DNA of 62,614 nt, the filler included, from Rhabdomonas costata (lineage: Eukaryota): the NCBI GenBank assembly GCA_019059605.1. It is 32 parts of 32 records of this genome, joined end to end, with 100 filler letters (N's around TTAATTAATTAA, not from the genome) between each part and the next. Parts side by side here need not be neighbours in the genome. Positions count along the whole stretch, not along the records: positions 1 to 1,749 come from JAHMHO010009656.1; positions 1,850 to 3,597 come from JAHMHO010009657.1; positions 3,698 to 5,445 come from JAHMHO010009658.1; positions 5,546 to 7,293 come from JAHMHO010009659.1; positions 7,394 to 9,141 come from JAHMHO010009660.1; positions 9,242 to 10,988 come from JAHMHO010009661.1; positions 11,089 to 12,835 come from JAHMHO010009662.1; 25 more parts are not named here. One strand, given 5' to 3'. The number at the start of each line of letters is the position of its first letter. Positions within the stretch are counted from its first letter, which is position 1. The position numbers were made by a program, and so were the translations under genes. The notes beneath the pieces were generated by a model that was not told the origin of the DNA, searched no databases, and worked only from the letters and a program-made list of their open reading frames with translations. Positions 1 to 11,476 of the stretch are shown piece by piece.

Positions 1-339
1 GTTGGGGTTTGGGTCCTGGCGGGTGAGGACGGGGACCGGCGCAGTGGAGGAGTCCCCCGCGACCCCCGGGTGGGTTGCTCGCTCTTCTCGCTCTTCCCCT
101 GAGCGTTGCTGTCCTCCGCACCGCACTACATCTCGGTGCTGTCCAGCACGTGCATCAGCTGCGTTTGCTACTCGATTCCACGCCTTTCCGCCGAGCTGAC
201 CGTGCTGAGGAGGAGGAAGCCGCAGGTCTCGCGTCAAGGAGCGGGCAGCGTGAAACATGCTATTTTGCAGCGGGTGCGTTTTTTTCCGGGCCCTTTTGCG
301 GCCAAGTCGCGGCAGGTGTGTGCACGACGGTTGGGGCAG

Positions 340-380
340 GTTCGGCTTAGGGTTCGGGTAAAGGTTCGGGTTGAGTTCGT
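340..380 (+). repeat. Degenerate telomere-like hexamer run (TTAGGG/TTCGGG variants)
   Basis: gttcggcttagggttcgggtaaaggttcgggttgagttcg. Confidence 0.35.
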
Positions 381-474
381 TTCCAACGGCCCGGAGGTCT
401 CCAGGGTCAAAATGATGCTAAAAGACTGGCGAGTATCAGGAGAGAAGGAGAGAGGAAAAGAGGACAGCACAAAC

Positions 475-1592
475 CAATGCAAAAGCCCAAATGCCCCCAA
501 CAGGATCCAACAGAAGAGGGTGCACCAAAGGACCATCAAGAGCCCAGTGGAACACAAGCCCCCAGCGAGAAGTCCAGCCCCGGCCCCCACCTGGAGCAAA
601 GCGCGGGTCGTCGTAATGGGCAGCTTGATACAGCGCACAGACTTGAGATTTCTTGATTTATTTAATTGTCGAATATCCGATTGATCCATATCCAGCAGCT
701 TCAGATCGACGGGCAAAACTCAACATACAGAGAGCGAGCTGCAACCGTTTTTTTCACCGAGAGCTGTCATACAACATCCCACCACCCCACTCCAAGCAAA
801 GATCAACAGGAACCACAAGTCGGAGGAAAGCGCAGAAGCAGAAGTCAGTTTGAAAAGGTCATGCTGCGGTGGCACAACATCAGCCTCACCACAGCCGAGC
901 CCTCCCCCATCCCACCCCATGGTGCACCGCTTCTAATACCAAGGTAACGGCGAACGCCACCCCGGCGCCACGAAGCGACAGCTCCAGAGAGGTCATCCGA
1001 TGGCTGCCTCCAGATTTCCCCCCAATGAGGAATACCCTACGCAGAACTTGCCCCAACACCCGAGCCACAGTACCCTTCCACAGCCGCAGCGATACTCCGA
1101 GGCCAGGGCTCTTGTGCTGCCGCACAGAGTCCAGAGCCCGGGCCTGCCACCGCTCTAGGGACACCCTGCATCGGGACTCCAGTCCCGAAAGTTCGGATGC
1201 CCACACAGAGAAATAGTCCCGGAAAAGCGAAGCCTCCGTCACCTTCCTGTACTGAGCTTCCTGGGACAATACGGACGAGGCCTGTATCTCACCCCATGAG
1301 TAGAAGCATTGACGAGCGAGCTCTTGCCGGGCTTTAGACTCCTCGTTTAGCACCCCCACGCGGAGCTTCCGCTTGAAAGCAGCTAAGGCCGCGGCAGCTG
1401 CCGAGAGTCGTGCCCTGAGGTGAGCCTGGAGGTGGGTAAGGCTTCGGAGGACACGGCGGTGGGTCGAGTGGTGGGCGGAGAGACGGGCACGCAGGTAGGC
1501 TTGGGCAAGGGCGGCTTGATGGGCAAGCGCGCCAGCCCGCAGCAACTCCAGAGCGTCGTGGGCGGAGTCACGAAGAAAGACCTTCGTTCTTC
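475..1592 (-). CDS. Myosin heavy chain fragment (converter end, two IQ-like motifs, helical tail, hydrophobic C-terminal segment); partial, spliced
   Basis: Exon 1592-940 follows the acceptor ttttgcattcAG and encodes GRTKVFLR (myosin converter motif GxTKxFxR). IQ-like AQAYLRARLSA and LQAHLRARLSA follow. The donor is TTG|GTATTA. A phase-0-compatible exon 590-475 (tttgctccAG|GTG...TG|GT) encodes an uncharged hydrophobic stretch. Confidence 0.7.
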
Positions 1593-1749
1593 CTGAATGC
1601 AAAACGGGGACGCCGTAGTTGGAGGGAGAAAGGCAACGAGCCATGCCGGAGGGAGAGACGAACGAGGAACTGAAAGCCCACAATACCACACACATTCCAA
1701 ACCACTCACATGGACGCAATCGTAATAAAGCAGAAATCAAAAAAAAACA

Positions 1750-1849
1750 NNNNNNNNNNNNNNNNNNNNNNNNNNNNNNNNNNNNNNNNNNNNTTAATTA
1801 ATTAANNNNNNNNNNNNNNNNNNNNNNNNNNNNNNNNNNNNNNNNNNNN
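1750..1849. other. Artificial contig spacer (first of 31 identical ones): 44 N + TTAATTAATTAA + 44 N
   Basis: The same 100-nt spacer recurs about every 1.85 kb. TTAATTAATTAA puts stops in all six frames. The contigs are near-identical in length, as if size-sorted. Confidence 0.97.
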
Positions 1850-2429
1850 GGTGGGGGGGTGTTGAGTGTCAAGTGTCGCGATGGGTGAAGGGTTAATCTC
1901 TGCGCATTGTGCGGCAGATATATTTTGGGGAGTATATCAAAAATCAAGGGTCATTTTCATGTTCTGGCAATTAATTCGACGTTTTTCACTGCATCTGTAA
2001 CGTTTTTATTAAGAAATAGGTTCTAATTCTGCGCACAAGCAGGATTGTGGTCAGTTCGTAGTCAAAGGAGCACGATGGTGGTGAAGTACTGCTCACTCTT
2101 GCTGACGTGGGCGTCAAGGGTTTCCGAAACCAGAATGCAGCACCCTCACATGTACAACACCGAACTGCTTAGCCAATTCCTTTGTCAATTCTCCACTGTT
2201 CTTCGGTGCTGTGCTGCACTTTGGACGCTGAACATTTGTTGCCTGGTTGACAGCTGGAGCCAAGCTACCTATTCGAAGGTGTATGCCGCAACGTTTCTCA
2301 TCTTCCACCGCTTTTTTCTCAACACTCTTTCATCCCTCTTTTTCGTATTCTCTCCCGCCCGGTTAAACAGACGTCTGGACATTTTTCTTACCTGTACCCG
2401 TGTTTATTGCTCTAACCATCGCACTTCAC

Positions 2430-3597
2430 ATGGGAGTTCGGCACTTCTTGCGGAGGCTTTTCAAGCAGCGGAGTACTTCCCAATCAAGAGAAAAGCACCA
2501 AGCAATGCTTAGCGGTGAGTTTGAGGGCATGCCCAGCGGGGAAGAAAGCCAGCGGTTCATCCCTGTCCCTGTGGTGCGGCTTCGACGGGAGCTCGGAGGG
2601 TTTCTGGGCCGCACACAGCGGGAGCAGTGGGAGCGGATTGGGTGTCTCGTGGAGCGGGAGCTGGTACTGTCCTACCACTTCAGCGGGAAGATCGTCTCGT
2701 CGGTGAGTGTGCTTCTGGGGTGGCCCGCCGCACCTGTGGATTGTGTGGGTTGTATCTGGCTTTCGCAGCAAAGCCAGATACAAGCCTCATTAGCCCCGTT
2801 GTGTGTCCAAAAGCAATTTCAGGGCTAACATGGGGTGACGTGGGCTTTTTCATTTGCATAGGGGCCTGACCCTCGGTGTGTAGTGTTGCAATGGGTGTGG
2901 TGGGTTTATAAAACGCTAAATTGCAAAAGATGGTGCAAGATGGTTGTACGTTGCTAGAGGTTTCATCTCAGGTCTGTCGCGCCTGAACCAGATTAAATGA
3001 CCCGCCTTACTCTTTCTCCCTCTTCCGGTAGCTTTTCGAGATGGCCACAGAGGATGAGTTTATGGAGCGCTCTTCTGAGCTGGAAATGCTGAAAATGCTT
3101 AAGGACTATCTGGAGCTTGGCAGCTACAGCCCTCTCACGGAGCAGCTGTACGTGGCCATTGGACTGCTTTACCTCCCTCACTGTCCCTCAGCTGTGATGA
3201 TGACGGGTTTCGATGATCCACTTCACTGATTTTGGGCTCGGTGCTTTCTATCTGCTTAAGCACGTTGCACCATGAACTCAAAACATCTCCTCATGTCATT
3301 TGTTTGACGTTTGAAACATGTCACACACATACGTGCCAGCCTTCCGGCATTTTATATTGTTCCCAAGACTTCAATCGCGAACTCATACTTATTCTGAGTT
3401 TCGGGATGTAACTTACCTGATTGATTTCGTGGGCACCTAGTTTGCACCTCACAATTTCTGAGAGAGTGAGAGAGTATGGTTAATTTTTCAATTCTGTTTC
3501 CACTCTTGGGAACATTGATGGCGGTGCTGCTCCCCCTCCCTTGTGGCAGGCTGGAGCATGCCCTGCAGTCGACCTTCAGCTTTAACCTTCCTGTCCA
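2430..3597 (+). CDS. TMEM143 / DUF3754-family protein, N-terminal part (3 exons, 3' partial)
   Basis: Exons 2430-2702, 3032-3147 and 3550-3597 have GT-AG introns in consistent phase. The peptide has RFIPV...SYH...ELEMLKMLKDYLELGSYSPLTEQLLEHALQSTFSFNLPV, resembling the RFIP, FSPLS and LNLP motifs of TMEM143/DUF3754. The Arg-rich N-terminus MGVRHFLRRLFKQRS looks like a mitochondrial presequence. Confidence 0.65.
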
Positions 3598-3697
3598 NNN
3601 NNNNNNNNNNNNNNNNNNNNNNNNNNNNNNNNNNNNNNNNNTTAATTAATTAANNNNNNNNNNNNNNNNNNNNNNNNNNNNNNNNNNNNNNNNNNNN

Positions 3698-3830
3698 ATT
3701 TTTTTTGCAGTAGCGTTCTTGTATACTAACAGGGATTTCCTCTTCCGATGAGTCCGAGGCGTACCTCCAAACTCTCATAGTTATTGAGGAAATCCCTGTT
3801 AGTATACAAGAACGCTACTGCAAAAAAAAT
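3698..3830. repeat. Perfect 45-bp inverted repeat with 43-nt spacer at contig start
   Basis: 3698-3742 is the exact reverse complement of 3786-3830. Confidence 0.95.
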
Positions 3831-3950
3831 CCAACTTTACTCACTTTGCAACCGATCTGTGGGACACCCGGCATCTTCCATGGAGTGCACAGAAACTTGT
3901 CTCGGTCTCACTTCAAGATCCTCAGGCCGGCAACTTGAAACAAATGAATG

Positions 3951-5279
3951 TCAAAAGCACATTGGCACCGCAAGTTCTCCCAGCCGCTTCAGATGATCCG
4001 CAGGTAGGGCTGTGGTCTCATCCTCCGGATCAGAAGTGCGGTTTAGGGTCTCCAGTACGCTCTCCAGCACCGGGATACCGACTTCCACGCCACACAGCTC
4101 GAGAAGCTCCAGCACAGGTAGGACCGCCGAGAACACCCTCTGCTCGGTGACCTGGCGCAGAAGCAGCAGAAGGTCCGACCCGTCAAGGGGTGCACCTGCA
4201 ACCTATGAGAGCAAGAAAAAGCCAAATAGAACGCGAGAGAGATTCAGGGCGGTGCCTGCACCCAAGAAGAAACGGAAACTGGAGTGACATAACGGCCAGA
4301 GTTCGCTCGTGCTCTTAACTTGCCTTCGAAAGTTGCGCCGTCGAACTGAACCCCTTGGAACCTTCTGCCCTGGGAAAACGTGTCAATGCCACCCTTCCAC
4401 ACCAGTAAAATGGAGCAATCTTTTGGCTAGGTCGAGTCAAACTCAGACATGGAAAAACCAAGCGAGTGAATCATACAGGTCTAATTTTGCGTTCTGGGTT
4501 TAGATGGAAGATGGACTGGGTAGAAGCAAACAGGTCAGGAAGGAAAAGAAACTCAAACGCAACAAAATGCAACCCAAGGTGACCTTTCCGTGAAACACCT
4601 TTTTGTATTTTACATCCTGGTGATGGACGATGTTCCGGCCGCATCTGGCACATCGAGCTCACCACTCACTCACAGACACAGCTCACAAGCCAGCCACCTC
4701 CTCAAGGCATATATATATCTTTGCATAACCAAAATCCGACCTCCGCTGCACCAGTGCAAGCGTCCACCATACCAGTCGGAACTTCGAAGTTGGAGCAAGT
4801 ACTTTCAACCCCACCTTTCAACGCGGGGAAATTTAGACAGTTTGAAAATTTTCAATGCAAGCCAGAAAAAAGACCAGGTTGGCGGATTCATCTCCTTGCT
4901 GGTTTGAGTTTCAGGGTGCCATCAGATTTCCACACGGGAAAAAGCTGCTGAACCACTGAAAACCCATTGCTGGGGCATTGCATTGTATTTCTGTTGCACC
5001 TCGCAACCCTCTGTTTTCGGTGTTCTTTTCCGACCCTCGCTTCCAACAAGCTGCGGCCCGGGATTGGCAGTGAAACATTTACCAGTGCATCAGTGACACA
5101 GTTCAACGCGGCCTTTGTCTCGCCCAACTGCACAAAGGCTTTCAGCCGCGGTGCCCTGGCTTCTGGAAGCAGCAGATCCTCTGGGCAGGCTCTGCACAGT
5201 TCGAAAAGCTTGCCATGCTGGCCAGTCTTGCTGTAGTGCTGCAGCAAGACACGAAGCACGGGCGGCTGGAACGTGATGC
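3951..5279 (-). CDS. Hypothetical alpha-helical (PPR/TPR-like) protein, internal exons
   Basis: Exon 5279-5083 (ctccccAG acceptor, CTG|GTAAAT donor) is phase-compatible with an exon starting at 4202 (ctcatAG). The peptides are Leu-rich and amphipathic: VLRVLLQHYSKTGQHGKLFEL and LPVLELLELCGVEVGIPVLESVL. Confidence 0.4.
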
Positions 5280-5545
5280 CTGGGGAGATCAAGAACAGCC
5301 CTCGAAAAAAAAAAGCAGCAGGAGCAGCAGCAAAGAAGAATCCGGTGTCCCACAGAACTTAGAACGGGTGAAAAGCTTTTAGGAAAATTAACAATAAATG
5401 CAGCAGTGACGAGGGTGAGCATCGTACCCCGAAAGCACCCCACCCNNNNNNNNNNNNNNNNNNNNNNNNNNNNNNNNNNNNNNNNNNNNTTAATTAATTA
5501 ANNNNNNNNNNNNNNNNNNNNNNNNNNNNNNNNNNNNNNNNNNNN

Positions 5546-5629
5546 TTTTTTGGGTTAAGCCGATCTGAATTTCTTCTGAGGAAATCGGGAGTTCCTCAGA
5601 AGAAATTCAGATCGGCTTAACCTAAAAAA
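5546..5629. repeat. 38-bp inverted repeat (1 mismatch) with 8-nt loop at contig start
   Basis: 5546-5583 pairs with 5592-5629. The single mismatch is G at 5552 where the partner arm predicts A. Confidence 0.95.
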
Positions 5630-7799
5630 TCTGCGTGACAGAATACTAAATGCGATGATCAGATCAGAGACCATCAGATGAAGAAGAACCAGGAGAAATG
5701 TTGTTGGATTATTTCGCTTTGTTTTGTGCACACTGTTAAAAAGCATATTAGAGACGACAGAAAGCCCAGTTAAAAACAACACAACAACACGGCTAAAGGG
5801 AATTATTTACCACCCAAAATGAGATCAGTCCGGGGGAGGGGTATGCCATTGTCCAAATGGGTGCTGTGGGGATTCACTCAAGTCCGCTTGTGCACGGAAC
5901 AGGTTTACTTGTGAAGGTCCAAGATGTCATCCTTGCCCAAGATTCTAGGTGCTGGATTTGAGAAGCTATGAATGAGAAGCTATTGGTCTCATAGAGGGTT
6001 AGATGTTAAGAAAGTGGTGAAGGTGTCCGCTCCTGACAGTCCGAATTGCGTGCGTGAATTTCCCCACCACCACCACCACCACTACATGAGAGTCCGGATT
6101 TGTGTGCGATCAACCTTTTCCACTTCTCCGACGATGCCATGGTGGTTGTTCCGAAGAAATGCATAGTATACAAAACATATAGACGGGGTAGACGGGGTCC
6201 CCCCCCGATCGCTGGGTACCAGGCGTGCTGTGCTTGCATCCTTCAGACCAAAAATTTTCAAATAATGTGTTTGAAGAAGCGACCCCTCAGCTTGCTCAGC
6301 ACCCCTGACAACAAACCACACGGATGGGATGTTAGCAATGCATGTACCGAAGCGATCGGCCCAAAGTTCTCATTCCCCGCCTCAGCCGCCCCAGCAGCCC
6401 CCCAAGCTTTCGCTTTGGCTGCTGCTCCTGCTTCGGACTTGAGTCATGCGTACGACGCAGAGGGGTAACGCCTGCTGAGTTCTGTGTGTGGCGAGGATGC
6501 TTCAATGCTTGCTGGGGCTGGAAACGGCGCTACAATGGGGTTCGCTTCTCACGTCGTGGTGTCTGTGTGTGTGGTGTAGAAGGTGATGTGCGGTGGTCCG
6601 GTATTCCGGTGGTCCGGTTGAGGTGCGCGAGGTGGTGTGAGGCTCTGTGTGCGGACGCTGAGGTTCGGGTTCATACTTGCGGCGGAGGTGTAAAAAAATT
6701 GGGCCTGTTCTATGCTCTTTCAAGGACCAAGGCACCGCATGACTGTGCGTGGTACGTGTGATCGGCAACGCAACGGGTACCAGTCTCTGTTATCAGTGTT
6801 GCGGGCACAACACGAGATCACTGATGGATGTGAACGCACACGACCTGAAGTTCTGGAGCCAAAACTCAGGGACCCAAAACATATGCGTGGTATAGCAATT
6901 CCTTTTTGGAAACTCTTCTGACTGATCCGATGGTCCACAAACGCATTCCCACTGAAGCCATGCGAGTTCCAGCGCAGCTGCAAAAGGGGGGCTTGCAGGG
7001 CAGGGATGGGTGGCTTGAAAACGACAGCTGCGACCAGCCAAGCCCCGGGAAAGCACATGACGGGAAAAAAGAAAAGGCGACTATGGTAGCAGTGGCACTT
7101 AAAACGACTTTATACACTGTATACAACTGTATTACCTGAAGCGAAACCTTGGAGCCAAAGCACTCGAAAAGCATACCACGGGATAAAAAGGAAAGGTGAA
7201 AAATCCGTGGCCGCGCTTAAGGCGAGTGGGTATCCAAAAAGGCGATATTTTAGAAAATCTGAAGCCAAACCTCAAGGCGGAGTACAAACAAAANNNNNNN
7301 NNNNNNNNNNNNNNNNNNNNNNNNNNNNNNNNNNNNNTTAATTAATTAANNNNNNNNNNNNNNNNNNNNNNNNNNNNNNNNNNNNNNNNNNNNTTCTCCT
7401 GCCATCATGCAACGTCGGAAGGGAGTTCTTAACGGATAACGCTGGAAAGTTTTATTTTTTACCGTTGCATCGTTGTGAAGCCGCGGGGTGTTTGTTTTTA
7501 TAAAACGTTAAGCCATTGTTCTTTGACACACTTGATTCAAGTCCAGTGCCACCTGCAAGTTACCCTCGGAATGGTGTGAAGGAAAAAAGTAGTGATTGAC
7601 CTTGGGATTTGGCAAAGCGTATATACTGCCCCAGAAGCCGAACAAGGACGTCGCTTTATGGGAATGAATGGCAGGAAATACCCCTTTCCAAGGACAGAAA
7701 ATTTCTGGTTCTGCTTCGCAGGAAGCAGGCACTTGGCCTCCTCGCAAAGCCAAACCGCTTTCCCCTAGACTTCACACGTACTCCCCAAACACCGTCGAC

Positions 7800-8850
7800 C
7801 TGCTCGACTCATAGATGCTCAAATTGGTGCCGTCCGGATCGCTACGTTTTCCTTTTGGGAAACATATTAAGACCTGTGGGAACTTGCCCAATCATCATTC
7901 AGGTTCGGTCCACTGTCACATCACATTCGCACCATGTGTGGAAATCATTTTTGACAAATGGTCCACGTTCACGAACCATCGCTCGACATTTCGCAAGCGA
8001 TATTCCCATACGAAATGGGGTCCACCGCAAGCTGACATGGTGTACTCTGTGATTCACCATTGCCAAGCTTCCGGAAAGTGGCGGTTGGGCCTCCAAGCGG
8101 AACAAGGTGTGCGCATCTTGGCGGCATGGGGCTTGTTTTGTATGAGCGTAGGGCTCACCCCGAGCACGCCCACCGTTGTCCAGCCCCAACCAGTCGCCCC
8201 ATTCCCCTTCCCATCCGCTGGCCAGGGGCGGACCCAAGCTTCCGGCGCCCGCCACGGCCCCCCACAGCCCCGAAGGCGGCCCGTTCCCTCCTCCGGCGGA
8301 ACGCTACCCTTCTCGCATGCCCTCCAGAGCAAAAGGGGAGGGCTGTGCAAGTCGAAGCCCGCGGTTGTGATAGAACTGCAACAAAGCGCAAACTTGGCTG
8401 CATGTGATTGGCAGTTCCCCGGGGCACACCGTCTGGCGCTCTTTCATCGTCTGAGCCCGCCGTCCTCTCATTGCACTCTTCGACCTCCTCCACTCCACGC
8501 AGTGTTGGCGGTGGTGGACTTGTTTCACCAAACCACGACAGTCCAAAAGAGTGCGGCGCCTCCTTCTCCCAGAAGCCTACCCATTGCTGTGAGGGGAGGT
8601 TGCTCCCAAAAACTGGTGTGTGTGCTCCTCCCTCTTTCAGACTTGAATAGTGGGTTTGTGCGGCACACGCACCATTTGGGTGTTCAGGGAGTAGGGAGTG
8701 GCGCTCGCCGGACTTCTGGAAATCGAACACACCCACTGGGGGCCCTGCAGAAGCCGGACGCGTGGAGAGCTGACCGCGCTACCCTCACGCCTGTGTCTCT
8801 CCCCGAGACGTATGGCGGTAATGAAGTTACATTCATATCTCATTGGGCTT
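7800..8850 (+). mobile_element. Possible highly decayed LINE-like retroelement (post-RT region)
   Basis: About 8015-8100 reads VHRKLTW...KLPESGG/(L)GLQ across a stop and a frameshift, resembling the W..l..P...GGLGL motif downstream of non-LTR RT domains. There is no exon/intron structure and no RT core was seen. Confidence 0.3.
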
Positions 8851-9520
8851 AACCACCTTACCTTTCTGGATGCGAGCTGTTGGGTGTCGTGGCATCATAC
8901 GTTGCATGGCAAAATTAGAACAATCCCTTCCACTGTCAAAACTGCCCGAGATCTGCCAACTAGGAATTGGTGAATAAAGCATTCCATGGGGCGCTTGCTT
9001 TCGTGGCACCGGCGCTTCGAGCAGATCAGTCGCCCAATTTCCTGCGATTTCTGCTTTGTGGTCACTGCCCCCAAAAAGCACAGCAATTTAATTTTTGTGC
9101 CGACTTAAACCAGACTTAAACCAATGGTTCCCCACCACACANNNNNNNNNNNNNNNNNNNNNNNNNNNNNNNNNNNNNNNNNNNNTTAATTAATTAANNN
9201 NNNNNNNNNNNNNNNNNNNNNNNNNNNNNNNNNNNNNNNNNGGGGGTTTGGTATCTTCCTGTTTAAGGTCGACTGTCTGCGCCCCGGCGTCTCGGGATGT
9301 GGATAACGGCATATCTTCTCGGAAAGTTGCACGAATTGTCGCACCGCTAACCAGTCTGTGTTGCTGGCTTTGAATCTACCGCATGAGTCCGCAGTCTCAG
9401 CTTCTTGGTTCCAATTTTCTGGGACGTGGTGGGGGGCTGGGTTTTTGCGGGGCCGGGCTCTGTTGCGCAGACCGCGGTGGCTTCGTTGCGCAGCCAGAAA
9501 ACCAAGATATGCATACTGAC

Positions 9521-9749
9521 CTTAATTAATGCGATGAGGAGATCCTTTTCATCAACTGCGTTGAGGTGTTGTCGGTAATCCTGAAATGGGTAGATATAGA
9601 GATTGAAATCTCCGTTTGACATCACACATGAAAGGAATCGCAGCATTTGCACAAAATCAGCAATTGTGAAATGATGCACCGGGCCTAGGTGGAGGAACAA
9701 AGCAAGCGAACGAGGAAGAGACGAGCAAGAGGAGAGGGAAAAACCGCAT
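9521..9749 (-). CDS. Secreted protein N-terminus, possibly exostosin/GT47-like
   Basis: ATG at 9749 gives signal-peptide-like MRFFPLLLLVSSSFAC. A putative intron 9679-9610 (GT, weak GAG acceptor) joins it to DFNLYIYPF, which resembles the IYVY motif of GT47. The donor AAG|GTCAGT is at 9521. Confidence 0.3.
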
Positions 9750-11476
9750 CGTGCGCTGGTGTATGTTTAATTCGGCGGGGGAGGTATTGCTCTCGACTCT
9801 TGTCCGTGGCCTGTCGGTTTGTCCGCGCGCGCTTGGTTCTATTCCGCTAATTCCTGCGCGCGCTTGCCGCACTCGTCGTTGGCGTTTTCTCCTGTGGCGG
9901 GGTTTGGGTCTCTACACCTGCCCGCTTCCAAAACTGTTACCTCTTTTTCAACGCCGTGGTACCAAAACTTGTGCTGACACTGGAAAAAAGACAAAGTCCA
10001 TGCAAATGAGAAATTTCACAATCTCGGCGCGTCCGGTACAACGAAGCACTGGCAAGGCACAATTGAAGCAAAGGAATTTCCTACCAATCCTTCCTCTCTC
10101 ATTTCAGGCCCGCTCAATCCACCCGGGCCGATCTTTCATGCATTCGGTCTGAAGAATGGATTCTTCCGTCTCTTGGTTCCTCGCTCTCTCTCTCTCCCTC
10201 CCTCTCCCTCCGATTCTGCCCGGCGGATCTGGTTTTATCTCCACTTCGCACATCATTACAACAGATCCGGCGTCCCTTCGGGTGGACCGGGACATGTAGC
10301 CGGCATAAGCATGTGGTTGATGAAATGAAAACACGCAAAAATCTGGTAAGAACACAACCACCCTCCGCCCTTTTTCCTCTCTTTCCAGACCGGAATGTTA
10401 GCAAGAACAGCGGCACCACGACCCCTCTCCGTTGTAAAAGTCGGTTTGCACACCTCGTTTTTGTTTTTGGGCATCATCCCTCTCCCTCCAGTTTCTACGT
10501 GCCTGCCCCGTTGCCTTCGTACTGGCTTTGGTGCTGACCGCACCATAAGGCGCGGGTAATACTTGCTGGATGCCCCCTTTCTGACTTCCATTCTTTTAGA
10601 TTAAGTTGAGAAGGTGTCTCCAGGAGATGCCAGATGCCTCTGATGTTCGAAGAGGTGACCATCCCGCAACAGGCCAATGCAATCTCGGCTTTTAAAGGAA
10701 AACTGAAATAAAGCACCACGAAGACTCCGCAAGGAAGAGTACCGCGCAATGCTCAGCACATCCACACGGAGCAGACACCAACAAAAATGAAGCTAAACAA
10801 AGTAGCTCTCGCTACAAACGGAGAAAATCAATCAACGGCAACCGCTATAACAGGGCGGAACGCAGGATATACAATGTTCCTTGCAGCTTATAGTTGTTGA
10901 GGGAGGCTTACACCCCCAACGGCACGCCACCCCCAGCACACCACACACCGCACAGCACAAGTCAACACGTATAGCAAGCACACAAACCNNNNNNNNNNNN
11001 NNNNNNNNNNNNNNNNNNNNNNNNNNNNNNNNTTAATTAATTAANNNNNNNNNNNNNNNNNNNNNNNNNNNNNNNNNNNNNNNNNNNNGTGTGGTGTGTT
11101 TGGGTGTGGGTGTTAGTACGCTTCGCTTCGCTTCGGGACGGTTTGCAGCTGTCCTAGACACCTTTAAGGTTTTTTTGAATGCCCGTAGATGGGCGATGGG
11201 CGGGAAAGGTGGCTTTTGGGACGTTTGCTTTCTTCTGAATTTCCTATGGTTTTGGCTGCTTAGCATTTCTAAAGACAGGCTTTTGGCAGTACTGTATGCA
11301 CCGCAATGGGCCGGAATGTTGTGGAATGCTTCGAGTGGCTGCCACGGAGGGTATTTGAAGACCATTGGAGGAGATGGGGGGACTTTCTGAGCCCTTTTGG
11401 TCTTGCTGGCCCGGTAAACGACGAGGATTTTAGATTGATTGGCACACTGGCACACTCTGTGTCCCCACATCCAAAG

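Noticed and set aside
75-350. Plus-strand gene convergent with the myosin
   Set aside because: It looks coding-like but has no recognisable domain or consistent exon chain. It may be the antisense of the myosin 3' region.
1794-1805. TTAATTAATTAA recurring every ~1.85 kb as a biological periodic repeat or CRISPR-like array
   Set aside because: It is always centred in an identical N pad, so it is a six-frame-stop concatenation linker.
3743-3785. Hammerhead-ribozyme-like core (ccgatgagtccgagg…) in the hairpin loop
   Set aside because: It has CCGATGA rather than CTGATGA, lacks the GAAA after stem II, and shows no stems I/III.
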